From the NCBI GenBank assembly GCA_963706595.1, contig OY970166.1:1034117-1098116 (forward strand): a stretch of 64,000 bases of DNA. Reading direction: 5' to 3'. Position numbers and translations under genes: made by a program. The DNA is from an uncultured cyanobacterium (lineage in GTDB: Bacteria; Cyanobacteriota; Cyanobacteriia; Cyanobacteriales; Nostocaceae). The notes beneath the pieces were generated by a model that ran no database searches, was not told the origin of the DNA, and saw nothing but the letters and a program-made list of their open reading frames with translations. Numbering within the stretch: the first letter of the stretch is position 1; the number at the start of each line of letters is the position of its first letter. Below are positions 32,266 through 41,692 of the stretch, in pieces.

Positions 32266-33886
32266 CTATCCATTACCCGCATCTTTCTTAACAATCCAAC
32301 AAGATACTTAATATAAAGGGAAAAAGCTTGCTAAGTATAGTGTGGAGAGAACAGAATCGGGTAATGGAATCATGGAAAAGTGGGCAGCCAAGGAACTGTC
32401 TGGGGTAGACCTAGGAGACCTTCGTCGAAACAAGCGGTTAATCAAGATAGTAGAGGACTTAGCCGCACAGCCGGATAGCAGCGTACCACAAGCGAGCGGA
32501 AATATGGCAGCAACCAAAGCGGCATATAACTTTTGGAAATCACCATATTTTCCCGCCAGTGAAATTCGTCAAGGGCATATAAATAGCACAATCGAAAGAA
32601 TCAAAGAACATCAAATAGTCTTAGCGATTCAAGACACAACAAACATAGATTTAACAGACCACCCCAAAACTAAAGGTGTGGGTTATCTTGACCATCGTCA
32701 ATCATCAGGATTGAAAGTACATTCAACATTTGCTGCCACAAGTAATGGAGTGCCGTTAGGAATTATTGAACAGCAGGTATGGGCTAGACCACCTGAAAAT
32801 TTGGGCATAGCGAAAAAACGTCGTCAAAGGGAAACACTTTTAAAAGAAAGTCAGCGCTGGTTAGATGGATTAGAAGTCACACAAAGCTCAGTCCCATCAG
32901 AGATTCAAGTGGTGACAATAGGTGACTCAGAAGCAGACATATTTGACTTATTTAATCTCAAACGTTCAGAAAATTCCCATTTGTTAATTCGTGGGACTCA
33001 CAACCGCAAAGTTGACCATTGTGCGAAATATCTACATCTTGCAATCCGCCAAATTGAACCCAATGGAACACTGACAGCAGAGGTCAAACGCAGTCCAGAA
33101 CATAGTGCTAGAAAAGCGATACTTACAATTCGATTCACTAGTGTTGATATCCAAGTCCCATTACATCACATCGGGCGTTCACAGCTAAAACCTGTCAAGT
33201 TACAAGTAATTCTGGCATCAGAAGATCATCCACCACCCGGAGTCAATCCTATTAGTTGGTTATTGCTCACCAGCCTTGAGATTCATAACTTAGAAGATGC
33301 CGCGCGTTGTGTGCAATGGTACACCTATCGTTGGTTGATAGAACGCTATCATTACACTCTAAAGAGTGGGTGTAGAATTGAACAATTACAATTGTCCACT
33401 GCTGACCGCATCAATATGGCACTAGCCACTTATTCTGTTGTCGCTTGGCGTTTATTATGGCTAACTTACTCCTCACGAGTTCACCCTGATTTATCCTCTG
33501 ATGCTGTTTTAGAAACTGATGAATGGCAATCTTTATGTGCCACTGTCAACAAAAATCCCACCCCACCAAAAAAACCTCCATCTTTACGAGAAGCGGTGCG
33601 AATGATTGCCACTCTCGGCGGCTTTCTGGCTCGCAAGGGAGATGGTGAGCCGGGAGTTAAAACTATTTGGCGGGGTTTACGGCGATTACACGATATCGCC
33701 GCTACCTGGAAACTTCTCCATTCCCACTCCCCATCTGATGTTTCTGGTTAACGATCGCATCCCAATATAGATATATTCATTTTCATGTTTTGTCTAGTTT
33801 GTCAACCATCCCCTCTCATGGAAGCTATGTCATCCCCACACAGTCTGCTTTACAGCCATGTTAAGAAAGATGTGGGTAATGGATAG
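32266..33886 (+). mobile_element. IS4-family (Tn5/IS50-like) insertion sequence, 1621 bp
   Basis: 27-bp inverted repeats CTATCCATTACCCRCATCTTTCTTAACA with 1 mismatch. 10-bp direct duplication TCGCTTGCGG at 32256-32265 and 33887-33896. Confidence 0.9.
32372..33751 (+). CDS. IS4-family transposase (Tn5-like)
   Basis: N-terminus MEKWAAKELSGVDLGDLRRNKRL resembles the Tn5 Tnp N-terminus. Has the YTYRWLIERYHYTLKSG (YREK) motif and DDE residues. Confidence 0.88.
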   Translation: MEKWAAKELSGVDLGDLRRNKRLIKIVEDLAAQPDSSVPQASGNMAATKAAYNFWKSPYFPASEIRQGHINSTIERIKEHQIVLAIQDTTNIDLTDHPKTKGVGYLDHRQSSGLKVHSTFAATSNGVPLGIIEQQVWARPPENLGIAKKRRQRETLLKESQRWLDGLEVTQSSVPSEIQVVTIGDSEADIFDLFNLKRSENSHLLIRGTHNRKVDHCAKYLHLAIRQIEPNGTLTAEVKRSPEHSARKAILTIRFTSVDIQVPLHHIGRSQLKPVKLQVILASEDHPPPGVNPISWLLLTSLEIHNLEDAARCVQWYTYRWLIERYHYTLKSGCRIEQLQLSTADRINMALATYSVVAWRLLWLTYSSRVHPDLSSDAVLETDEWQSLCATVNKNPTPPKKPPSLREAVRMIATLGGFLARKGDGEPGVKTIWRGLRRLHDIAATWKLLHSHSPSDVSG

Positions 33887-33921
33887 TCGCTTGCGGGGAG
33901 GGGTTAGGGGTGGGGTCTTAT

Positions 33922-35223
33922 TTACGCCCGATTATCCCATTCTTGAGCCGCATCTGACAAGGCTTTATCTACAGTTTTTTGATCTAACATTGCTGCTTGC
34001 AAATTCTCATAAATTGCCTTTTGCAGACGTTTAGAATCTTTCAAAGTGGGAGTTAAAATCTCCGCTTGTTGTAATTGTTCAGCACTAATAACTCGCGCTT
34101 TGTCCACAGTGGAAGCAGTATCAGGGACACTTTTAAAGTAACTATCTCCCAATGCTTTGATTGTAGAGGGTAAGACATTAGCCTCTTTCGCAAAGGCTAA
34201 TTGATTTTCGTCATTGGTGAGAAATAAAGCAAACTTTACAGCCGCGTCCGGGTGTTTGCTAGCACGGGGAACAACTACATTCATCACAGCCACATTTTTT
34301 TTGCCAGTATTACCGGTCATTTGGGGCGCAATAGCTGAAGCTTTGGCAACTTGGGGCGCATTAGTCGCAATTGTGCGGAGAAACTCTGGTCCAGAAGCTA
34401 AAAATGCCGTTTGTCCCGATTGGTATAAATCAATTGCATGGCGATGTCCTTGGGTTAAAACTTCCCTGGGAAGTAGCCCTTTTTTATATAAATCTACCCA
34501 GTATTGAAACGCTGCTTTACCTTCTGGAGAATTAAAAGCCGCTTTACCTTCGGTATTTACTAGGGTTACTCCCATTTGCACCAATGATTCCAACACTTCT
34601 CCGGAATCTTGCGGTGCAAAAGTCACAAAAAAAGCATATTTCCCCGTCTTATCTTTAATTTGCTGGGCTACATCTGCTAATTCTCCGAAGGTAGTCGGTA
34701 CTTGAGTGATACCTGCCTGTTTTAATAAATCAGTGTTATAAATAGTTAACCTTGTTGTGAGGTACCAGGGAACACCAAAACTCTTACCATTCAGGGTGCT
34801 GGCTTTCCAGATATTCGGTAAATAGGAGGAACGTTCTTCATTCGAGATTTTTGGATCTAAGTCTAACCATGCATTTCTTCCCGCCAGTTGGGAAGCAAAA
34901 ACTGGGTTGAGATTGACAACATCAGGAGGCGTATTTGCTGAAACAGCTGTTAAAATTTTGTTCTCCATCGCTGACCAGGGTACATCCACCCAGTTAACCT
35001 TTATACTAGAATTCTGAGCTTCAAAATTTGTAATCAGATTTTGGAAGTATTCAGTAAATTGCGGTTGGAGTTGCATTGTCCAAAACTCAACAGTGGCCTC
35101 TCCTGAAGCAGACTGTTGTGTATTTGTACCAACATTTGCAGCACTACAACTGACCATCCAACTGGTAAATAAGCCAATTAATGCCCAAGTAGCCAGTTGT
35201 TTGAATTTTTTAAATTGCATCAT
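33922..35223 (-). CDS. ABC transporter substrate-binding protein (family 1, sugar type)
   Basis: Lipobox (WMVSCS) and 433 aa, with a solute-binding family 1 pattern (WTMQLQP...NWVDVPW). Confidence 0.75.
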   Translation of the reverse strand: MMQFKKFKQLATWALIGLFTSWMVSCSAANVGTNTQQSASGEATVEFWTMQLQPQFTEYFQNLITNFEAQNSSIKVNWVDVPWSAMENKILTAVSANTPPDVVNLNPVFASQLAGRNAWLDLDPKISNEERSSYLPNIWKASTLNGKSFGVPWYLTTRLTIYNTDLLKQAGITQVPTTFGELADVAQQIKDKTGKYAFFVTFAPQDSGEVLESLVQMGVTLVNTEGKAAFNSPEGKAAFQYWVDLYKKGLLPREVLTQGHRHAIDLYQSGQTAFLASGPEFLRTIATNAPQVAKASAIAPQMTGNTGKKNVAVMNVVVPRASKHPDAAVKFALFLTNDENQLAFAKEANVLPSTIKALGDSYFKSVPDTASTVDKARVISAEQLQQAEILTPTLKDSKRLQKAIYENLQAAMLDQKTVDKALSDAAQEWDNRA

Positions 35224-35363
35224 TTTAGCAGTATTTTTACGCTTGCTCAGGGTGACAAAGTTATGCAGAATTGTCGAGATTATAGGCTAAATCAGTTACC
35301 TAGTCTTCAGAGAATTCTTTAGTATCATGTAAAGTTTCCATTTAGCAGTCTACTGGCATAAGT

Positions 35364-36470
35364 GTGGTGAAAAGCTTTAATAATCTGTTTGGCAAATCTA
35401 ATCGAGGGGTGGGTATCGAACTTGCACCTGAACGGGTGAATGTAGTTCAGCTACGCAAGCAACGCCAAGGCTTGAAATTAGAATCCCTGACTTCAGTACC
35501 GGTTCCCGAAGGGGTAATTGTCGATGGTCAAATTATCGACATCTCAACAATGGCTGAATTAATTCAGCAAGCACTAGCCCAGAGTAATATCAAGGCTTCT
35601 CGTGTGGCTACTGGTGTACCAGGGAGAGATTCCATCGTTCGTCTGATACCTATACCAGCTGAGTTGGACGACAAAGAACTAAGGGAGATGGTGTTAAACC
35701 ATGAAGCCGGGTTGTATTTGCCCTATCCCCGTGAAGAAGCTGATGTAGATTATCAAAAACTTGGGTACTTTGTAGATGAGGATGGCATTGAAAAAGTACA
35801 GGTATTGTTAGTTGCCACCCGTAAGGAGGTGACAGATACCTATCTTAATACTTTTGAACAGGCAGGATTGCAAATCGATATTTTAGAGATTAACAGTTTT
35901 GCTCTGATTCGGACTATTCGTGAGCAACTGCGACGATTTGGGATGCAGGAAGCGGCGGTATTGGTTGATATAGAGTTCGACAGTACAGAGATAGCTATTG
36001 TGATTAATGGCGTGCCGCAATTTTCGCGCAGTGTGCCGATTGGTACTTATCAAATGCAAATGGCTCTCTGTAGGGCGATGAGTTTACCGACATCACGGGA
36101 TATGGATTTGTTACAGGGTATGGTGATTCCCGCAAATCCTTTAGATGGCGGACAAACTGGGGTGACAGAGGCTAATCCTGGGATGGCGGCTTTGTTGAGA
36201 GTTTTGGGAGAACTCACCGATGAACTGCGCCGTTCTATCGATTTTTACCTAAATCAAAGTGAAAACCTGGAAGTGGCACAGATTTTCTTGGCAGGGCCAG
36301 GAGGCGGACTGCAACAGCTAGATGAGTTTTTCACTCAAAGATTAGGACTGCCAACTAGTCAAATTGACCCCATTGTGTCTTTGTCTTTACAAGTTGATGA
36401 GGAACAGTATCCCATAGCACAACGTTCTGGCTTGGGAATCATACTTGGTCTTGGAATGCGGGAGGTATAA
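35364..36470 (+). CDS. pilM: type IV pilus assembly protein PilM
   Basis: Actin-like ATPase fold and first gene of a pilMNOQ cluster. GTG start. Confidence 0.85.
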   Translation: MVKSFNNLFGKSNRGVGIELAPERVNVVQLRKQRQGLKLESLTSVPVPEGVIVDGQIIDISTMAELIQQALAQSNIKASRVATGVPGRDSIVRLIPIPAELDDKELREMVLNHEAGLYLPYPREEADVDYQKLGYFVDEDGIEKVQVLLVATRKEVTDTYLNTFEQAGLQIDILEINSFALIRTIREQLRRFGMQEAAVLVDIEFDSTEIAIVINGVPQFSRSVPIGTYQMQMALCRAMSLPTSRDMDLLQGMVIPANPLDGGQTGVTEANPGMAALLRVLGELTDELRRSIDFYLNQSENLEVAQIFLAGPGGGLQQLDEFFTQRLGLPTSQIDPIVSLSLQVDEEQYPIAQRSGLGIILGLGMREV

Positions 36471-36474
36471 CAGA

Positions 36475-37242
36475 ATGTACAGTTTAGATGTTAATTTTCT
36501 TAAAGATCGGGTCCTTGAGCAGAACACGCCTAACAACAGACCAGGATTTCAAATGCCCACGGGCGATTTCACACCAGTGTTTGTGGGATTGGCTATTGGT
36601 GTGTGTTTGCCGGCTTTTGTTGGGGCAGGTTTGTGGTTTTTGCAGTCGAAAAATAGTCAATTAGATCAGCAGATAGCAGAATTAACTCAGGAAAATGCGA
36701 GATTAGAAACGGAAATTGGGAATATTAATAAAATCCGGGAGGAGACAAAAAGAGTTAAAGCGGAAACACAGGGTTTAGTGACTGTGTTTGATCAGATTCG
36801 CCCTTGGTCTGCCATGTTACAAGATTTGCGCGATCGCATACCAGCAACAGTGCAAATTGAAACCGTTAAACAAATTGAACCCGCCGCCCCAGCCCAAGGA
36901 CAGCCACCCAGCAGTCGGGCTGGAGGATTGGAAGTTACCGGTATAGCTCGTTCTTTCAATGATGTCAATGACTTTCTCTTGACTCTGCAACAGTCTCAAT
37001 TCTTGAAATCATCATCAAGCAGAATTACCACAGCCACCTTAGTAGATGCACCAATTCCACCAGGGAGTAATCAATCTGGTGGTGTCCAAATTAAACTACC
37101 CCAAGTAGTGAGATACACAATTCAATCCAGTGTGAGTGATGTTCCAGCTTCTGAGTTAATTCGGGAATTAGAGAAAAAAGGCACCGTGGGATTAGTAAGT
37201 AGAATTCGCAGTATGCAAGAATTAGGAGTCATTTCCAAATGA
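36475..37242 (+). CDS. pilN: type IV pilus assembly protein PilN
   Basis: N-terminus VNFLKDR, a single TM helix and a coiled coil. Start placed at the ATG at 36475. Confidence 0.75.
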   Translation: MYSLDVNFLKDRVLEQNTPNNRPGFQMPTGDFTPVFVGLAIGVCLPAFVGAGLWFLQSKNSQLDQQIAELTQENARLETEIGNINKIREETKRVKAETQGLVTVFDQIRPWSAMLQDLRDRIPATVQIETVKQIEPAAPAQGQPPSSRAGGLEVTGIARSFNDVNDFLLTLQQSQFLKSSSSRITTATLVDAPIPPGSNQSGGVQIKLPQVVRYTIQSSVSDVPASELIRELEKKGTVGLVSRIRSMQELGVISK

Positions 37243-38012
37243 CAATGAGTCAAGGTTTTAATTTTGATGAGCAAGGTGGGGAATTCGGTTCAGAAACTTC
37301 AAACTACCCCGTTGCTTTTGGTATTACTTTCACACCCAAAGTTCTTGGCATTTTGGTGGGTGTATTGGGATTTGCGGGAGCAGCGTATATGCTGCTTAAC
37401 GTAGTAATGCCAGCATGGGAATCTTTTCAGGAAAAACAAACACAAGCTAATGATTTGCAAAGTCAAGTTGAGCAAAAAAAAGCCAGCATTCAACAAATTG
37501 GCCAAGTAAAAGCTGATTTAGCCGCAGCCAAGCAGGAAACAATCCAGGTTTTAAGTTTATTTGCTGATGAAAACACCTTAGATACTCTATTGCTGGATAT
37601 AAATCGTTTAGTTGAGTCTAGTAATGCTGAAGTTTCGGCTAATGCAGTTAGAGCCAAACTACAAAGATTTGTCCCAGCTTCAGAGGCAGCAGAACCAATT
37701 AAAGATGGCTCTCTTGGCCCTACTGTCGATGGCAAATTGAAACGCAGTAGTATTACTGTGGAAATTCAGGGAACATTTGAACAAACCCAATCAATTGTTC
37801 GTAATATTGAACGTTTGCAGCCATTGTTAATAGTTAAAGATTATCAAGCAAGATTGTCTCCTGAACAAGCCAGAGACTCATCAGGCGAAGAAGTGATTCG
37901 GGTGGGACCAGCGCCCATTACTACGTCTTTTGAAATTCAGGCATTAATGCCACTTAATTCAGAAGAAGTTGCTGCTGCGGCTAAGGCGGCTGAAGCTGCA
38001 ACTACACAATAA
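37239..38012 (+). CDS. pilO: type IV pilus assembly protein PilO
   Basis: Single TM helix plus coiled coil. 4-nt overlap with pilN. Confidence 0.7.
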   Translation: MTMSQGFNFDEQGGEFGSETSNYPVAFGITFTPKVLGILVGVLGFAGAAYMLLNVVMPAWESFQEKQTQANDLQSQVEQKKASIQQIGQVKADLAAAKQETIQVLSLFADENTLDTLLLDINRLVESSNAEVSANAVRAKLQRFVPASEAAEPIKDGSLGPTVDGKLKRSSITVEIQGTFEQTQSIVRNIERLQPLLIVKDYQARLSPEQARDSSGEEVIRVGPAPITTSFEIQALMPLNSEEVAAAAKAAEAATTQ

Positions 38013-38036
38013 ACTTTTGAGTAGAAACACAAATAT

Positions 38037-38224
38037 AGAACTTACGCACTTTACAAATTAATCAGGGTATGCTTTGAATAAAATACATTGTTTCAGACTT
38101 TTATCCACGATTATTTTGATTGTAAATAAACCAGCATTGTGGGGTTTTAGCAATGCTAAACCCCTACGAAAGATATGGTTTTTGACAACACATATTTAAT
38201 GTTAATTGTCAATGCGTAACTTCT
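38037..38224. mobile_element. MITE-like element in the pilO-pilQ spacer
   Basis: Terminal inverted repeats AGAACTTACGCA / TGCGTAACTTCT. The TIR type matches the element at 58489-58614. Confidence 0.5.
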
Positions 38225-38286
38225 AGAATACTACTACTCAAAAATTTTTGGTTAACAGGTGTTTTCTATATAGTGAGGAATGAACG

Positions 38287-40824
38287 GTGAAACAATTTCA
38301 CGGTAATGGTGTTATTTTAGGCGCTGCTGCTTTTGCATTTATCGCAGCTCAACCAGCATCAGCCCAGGTAGCTCAAGTAACTGGGGTGAAGCTCAACCCA
38401 GCTAATGGTGGAGTTAGCGTTGTTTTGCAAACTTCTTCAGGGTCGCGTCCCCAAGTTTTCACAACGAAAAGAAATAACGCTTTAGTCTCAGATATTATTA
38501 ATACTCAATTGCGTTTACCGCAAGGAAATAATTTTCGCCAAGATAACCCGGCTGAGGGAATTGCCTCAGTGGAAGTTGTACAACTTGATTCCAATAGTAT
38601 TCGAGTCATCGTGACTGGTAATAATAATATCCCCACAAATCAACCTGTGGTGCGAAAGGCAAATGAATTAACTCTCAGCTTTACGCCATCTTCCAGCACA
38701 GCATCAACAGCAGCACCGTCTGCTGGGACTCCAGCCCAAACTAGCCCAAGTGTTCTGGTTCCTAACCCACAAATCTCAATTGATGGCAGACCTGCGCTAC
38801 CTGCTAGCCCTAGTCAACCTGTGAGTCAAGCGCCGCCTTTTTTACCCAGAGCCGTCGCCCCACCAGTGGGAGATATCTCTGTTTCTAATACAGATGCGTC
38901 TCCCACAACTATTGACTTAGGCACTCAGGAACGTGTCCCCCGGTTGGTATTGAGAGATGCATCAGTGCGCGAGGTTTTGTCATTGCTGGCTCGTGCGGCT
39001 GGGATGAATTTGGCTTATATCGGAGAAGATGATGATAAGCAAGGTTCTACTTCTACCAGTCAGATTAATCGTGGTGCTACTGATGCAGCGCCAATATATC
39101 AAAGAATATCCTTAGATATAGAAAATGAGCCAGTGCAAGATGTGTTTAACTACGTTTTGCGATTGAGTGGTTTAGAAGCTAACCGCAGTGGACGCACGAT
39201 TTTTGTAGCTCCTAAACTCCCTAATACTACTCGTGATGTAGTAGTACGTAACCTGAGACTTAACCAAGCAACAGTACCAGAGATTTTAAGGGTTTTAGTT
39301 AACTTGGGAGCAGAAAGTGCTGTCAATGCTGAACCTAAGACTACTAGGGTAACAACAGATGTGATAGGTACAGAAGAGGGATCGCGAAGAGAACTTGCTG
39401 AAGATACAAATCTTCAGGCTCAACGAATTACGTTTATTGACTCAATACCTATATTGCGAGGTTTACAAGTATCAGGAGACGTGCGAACCAATACTATTAC
39501 CTTAATTGGTATGCCTAAGCTAGTTGAAATTGCCATGTCTCAAATTGTTCCGCTTGATCTCCGCCGTCGTCAAGTGGCAGTTAACGTCAGGATTATCGAT
39601 GTTAACCTCTTAAATACTAAAGACCAGAATGCCAGTTTTTCCTTTGGTATTGGTAATAACTTCTTTAGCAGTGATGGTGGTGCAGCATCTGTGAATTTTG
39701 GCGGTGTTAATCCGCCTTCCTCTAATGATGTGCGTAACAGTCTACAAAGTCCAACTATCATCCCTAATCCCTATTCAGGTGCTAATACTTTCGTAGATTT
39801 AAGTGGCTCCACGCCTATTCCAGGCACTGGAATAGGTAACAGATTAATTGATAATGGGCGTTTACGAGAAGATATACCAGGAGGGACTGAATCATTCTTC
39901 AACCGTCAAGCAGGGGTTTCAGAAAATCCATTTCAAGCGGGTATCACAGACTTTACAAGGGGAACACCAAATGTAACCCGGATTACAGATATTCCTGCTA
40001 CTCCTGGTACTCCTGCTACGCCTGCTATTCCTGCTGTGGTTGAAAATGGTATTATTATTGTTCCAGCAGTTCCTGCTACTCCTGGTACGCCTGGTACTCC
40101 AGCGCGTAGAGAGTTTACGTTTGCACCAGGGACTTTGGGAACAGCAACATCTGCTCTTCCATCCCTTTACCAGTACCCTAGACGACTTCTTGCGAGTTTG
40201 CAAGCTCAAGTCCAAAATGGCAATGCCAAGATTTTGACCGACCCTACCTTAATTGTGCAAGAAGGTCAAACAGCTGACGTTAAATTAACTCAAGAAGTTG
40301 TGGGTAACATTATCAGGGAAATAACTCGTGGTGATGGCACTTCTTCAGAATCAGTCACAGCTGAGAAAACAAACGTAGGTTTAGAACTGGCTGTGAGAGT
40401 TGATCGAATCGATGATAATGGTTTTGTATCTCTTTCTGTGTCTCCAAGTGTTTCAACTCCTCAAGCTCCAGCCGACATTAGTTTGGGTGGTGGTGGTAGC
40501 CAAAGAATATTTTTGGTTTCGACACGTTCCCTTACTTCTGGTACTGTTCGCCTGCGAGATGGTCAGACTTTAATTCTCTCAGGTATCATTCAAGAGTCAG
40601 ATAGAGTAAGTGTTTCTAAGCTTCCTATTTTGGGTGATCTTCCTCTGATTGGTTCTCTGTTTAGAAGAACAAACAGAGAGAATCAACGTCAAGAGGTGAT
40701 TGTGCTGCTAACTCCTCAAATTATGGATGACTCTGAGAACTCGGCTTATGGCTATAATTACAGCCCCAGCCCAGAGGTACGGCAAATGATTGAGCGTCGT
40801 GGGTTGAGTGCGCCGAGACGATAA
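38287..40824 (+). CDS. pilQ: type IV pilus secretin PilQ
   Basis: Signal peptide, an AMIN-like N-terminal domain and a C-terminal secretin domain (ILSGIIQE...LPILGDLPLIGSLFR). GTG start. Confidence 0.85.
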   Translation: MKQFHGNGVILGAAAFAFIAAQPASAQVAQVTGVKLNPANGGVSVVLQTSSGSRPQVFTTKRNNALVSDIINTQLRLPQGNNFRQDNPAEGIASVEVVQLDSNSIRVIVTGNNNIPTNQPVVRKANELTLSFTPSSSTASTAAPSAGTPAQTSPSVLVPNPQISIDGRPALPASPSQPVSQAPPFLPRAVAPPVGDISVSNTDASPTTIDLGTQERVPRLVLRDASVREVLSLLARAAGMNLAYIGEDDDKQGSTSTSQINRGATDAAPIYQRISLDIENEPVQDVFNYVLRLSGLEANRSGRTIFVAPKLPNTTRDVVVRNLRLNQATVPEILRVLVNLGAESAVNAEPKTTRVTTDVIGTEEGSRRELAEDTNLQAQRITFIDSIPILRGLQVSGDVRTNTITLIGMPKLVEIAMSQIVPLDLRRRQVAVNVRIIDVNLLNTKDQNASFSFGIGNNFFSSDGGAASVNFGGVNPPSSNDVRNSLQSPTIIPNPYSGANTFVDLSGSTPIPGTGIGNRLIDNGRLREDIPGGTESFFNRQAGVSENPFQAGITDFTRGTPNVTRITDIPATPGTPATPAIPAVVENGIIIVPAVPATPGTPGTPARREFTFAPGTLGTATSALPSLYQYPRRLLASLQAQVQNGNAKILTDPTLIVQEGQTADVKLTQEVVGNIIREITRGDGTSSESVTAEKTNVGLELAVRVDRIDDNGFVSLSVSPSVSTPQAPADISLGGGGSQRIFLVSTRSLTSGTVRLRDGQTLILSGIIQESDRVSVSKLPILGDLPLIGSLFRRTNRENQRQEVIVLLTPQIMDDSENSAYGYNYSPSPEVRQMIERRGLSAPRR

Positions 40825-41363
40825 GAAGCCCTGGAACCCTTAAAAATCCCGGAATCAACCACCCAAACAAAGTCCGCACTATGGCTAACGCCACGCTCAG
40901 TGAGCGCCAGCGCGGACTAATAGAAAATTCAGAATTTGAAACCCGCGTTGGCGGCCTTCCCGACCGAATGCCGCTACGCGTCTTGTCTGTGTAAATGTGG
41001 GTTATGACTGCCGATTTTGCTGATGTGATTTCTGGTTTTTGAATTTTAAATTTGAATTTTGAATTTCACAGTCAGGAGCTTTTATCAGTACTTTTGCAAT
41101 TTTATGTATAATTTATCGAAAAAAATCACTGAAAAATCACAAAAAATCCTGAAATCTATATAAATTAATGGTTTCATCTATCCACTTCAGGCTACAACAC
41201 CTTAGAATGATTCATTGAAAAGTCGAGCCGATGGGATGTACAGCCATTTTTTATGTAAATATTCCCAAAGGACGACTTTTGTAATTCTCTGTTTGGAGAA
41301 TTAAATAAATATGCCGCCGGGTGTAACAGTAAAGAATCTGAAGTAAACATCAAGGAGTTTGAT

Positions 41364-41666
41364 ATGAACAAGGGTGAATTAGTTGATGCTGTGTCTGAAA
41401 AGGCTAGTGTTACCAAAAAACAAGCTGATGCTGTTTTAACTGCTGCTTTGGAAACGATTGTTGAAGCTGTTTCTTCTGGCGATAAGGTCACGCTAGTAGG
41501 ATTTGGCTCTTTTGAATCACGCGAACGCAAGGCGCGTGAAGGTCGTAACCCCAAAACTAATGAAAAGATGGAAATCCCTGCCACTAGGGTTCCAGCTTTC
41601 TCTGCTGGTAAGCTGTTTAGAGAAAAGGTTGCACCCCCAAAAGAACCAAAAGAAGTAAAAGAATAG
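41364..41666 (+). CDS. hupB: HU family DNA-binding protein
   Basis: MNKGELVDAVSEKA...GFGSFESRERKAREGRNPKT is the HU signature. Confidence 0.92.
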   Translation: MNKGELVDAVSEKASVTKKQADAVLTAALETIVEAVSSGDKVTLVGFGSFESRERKAREGRNPKTNEKMEIPATRVPAFSAGKLFREKVAPPKEPKEVKE

Positions 41667-41692
41667 CTCACGTTTTAGGAGACCTCTTTTTG

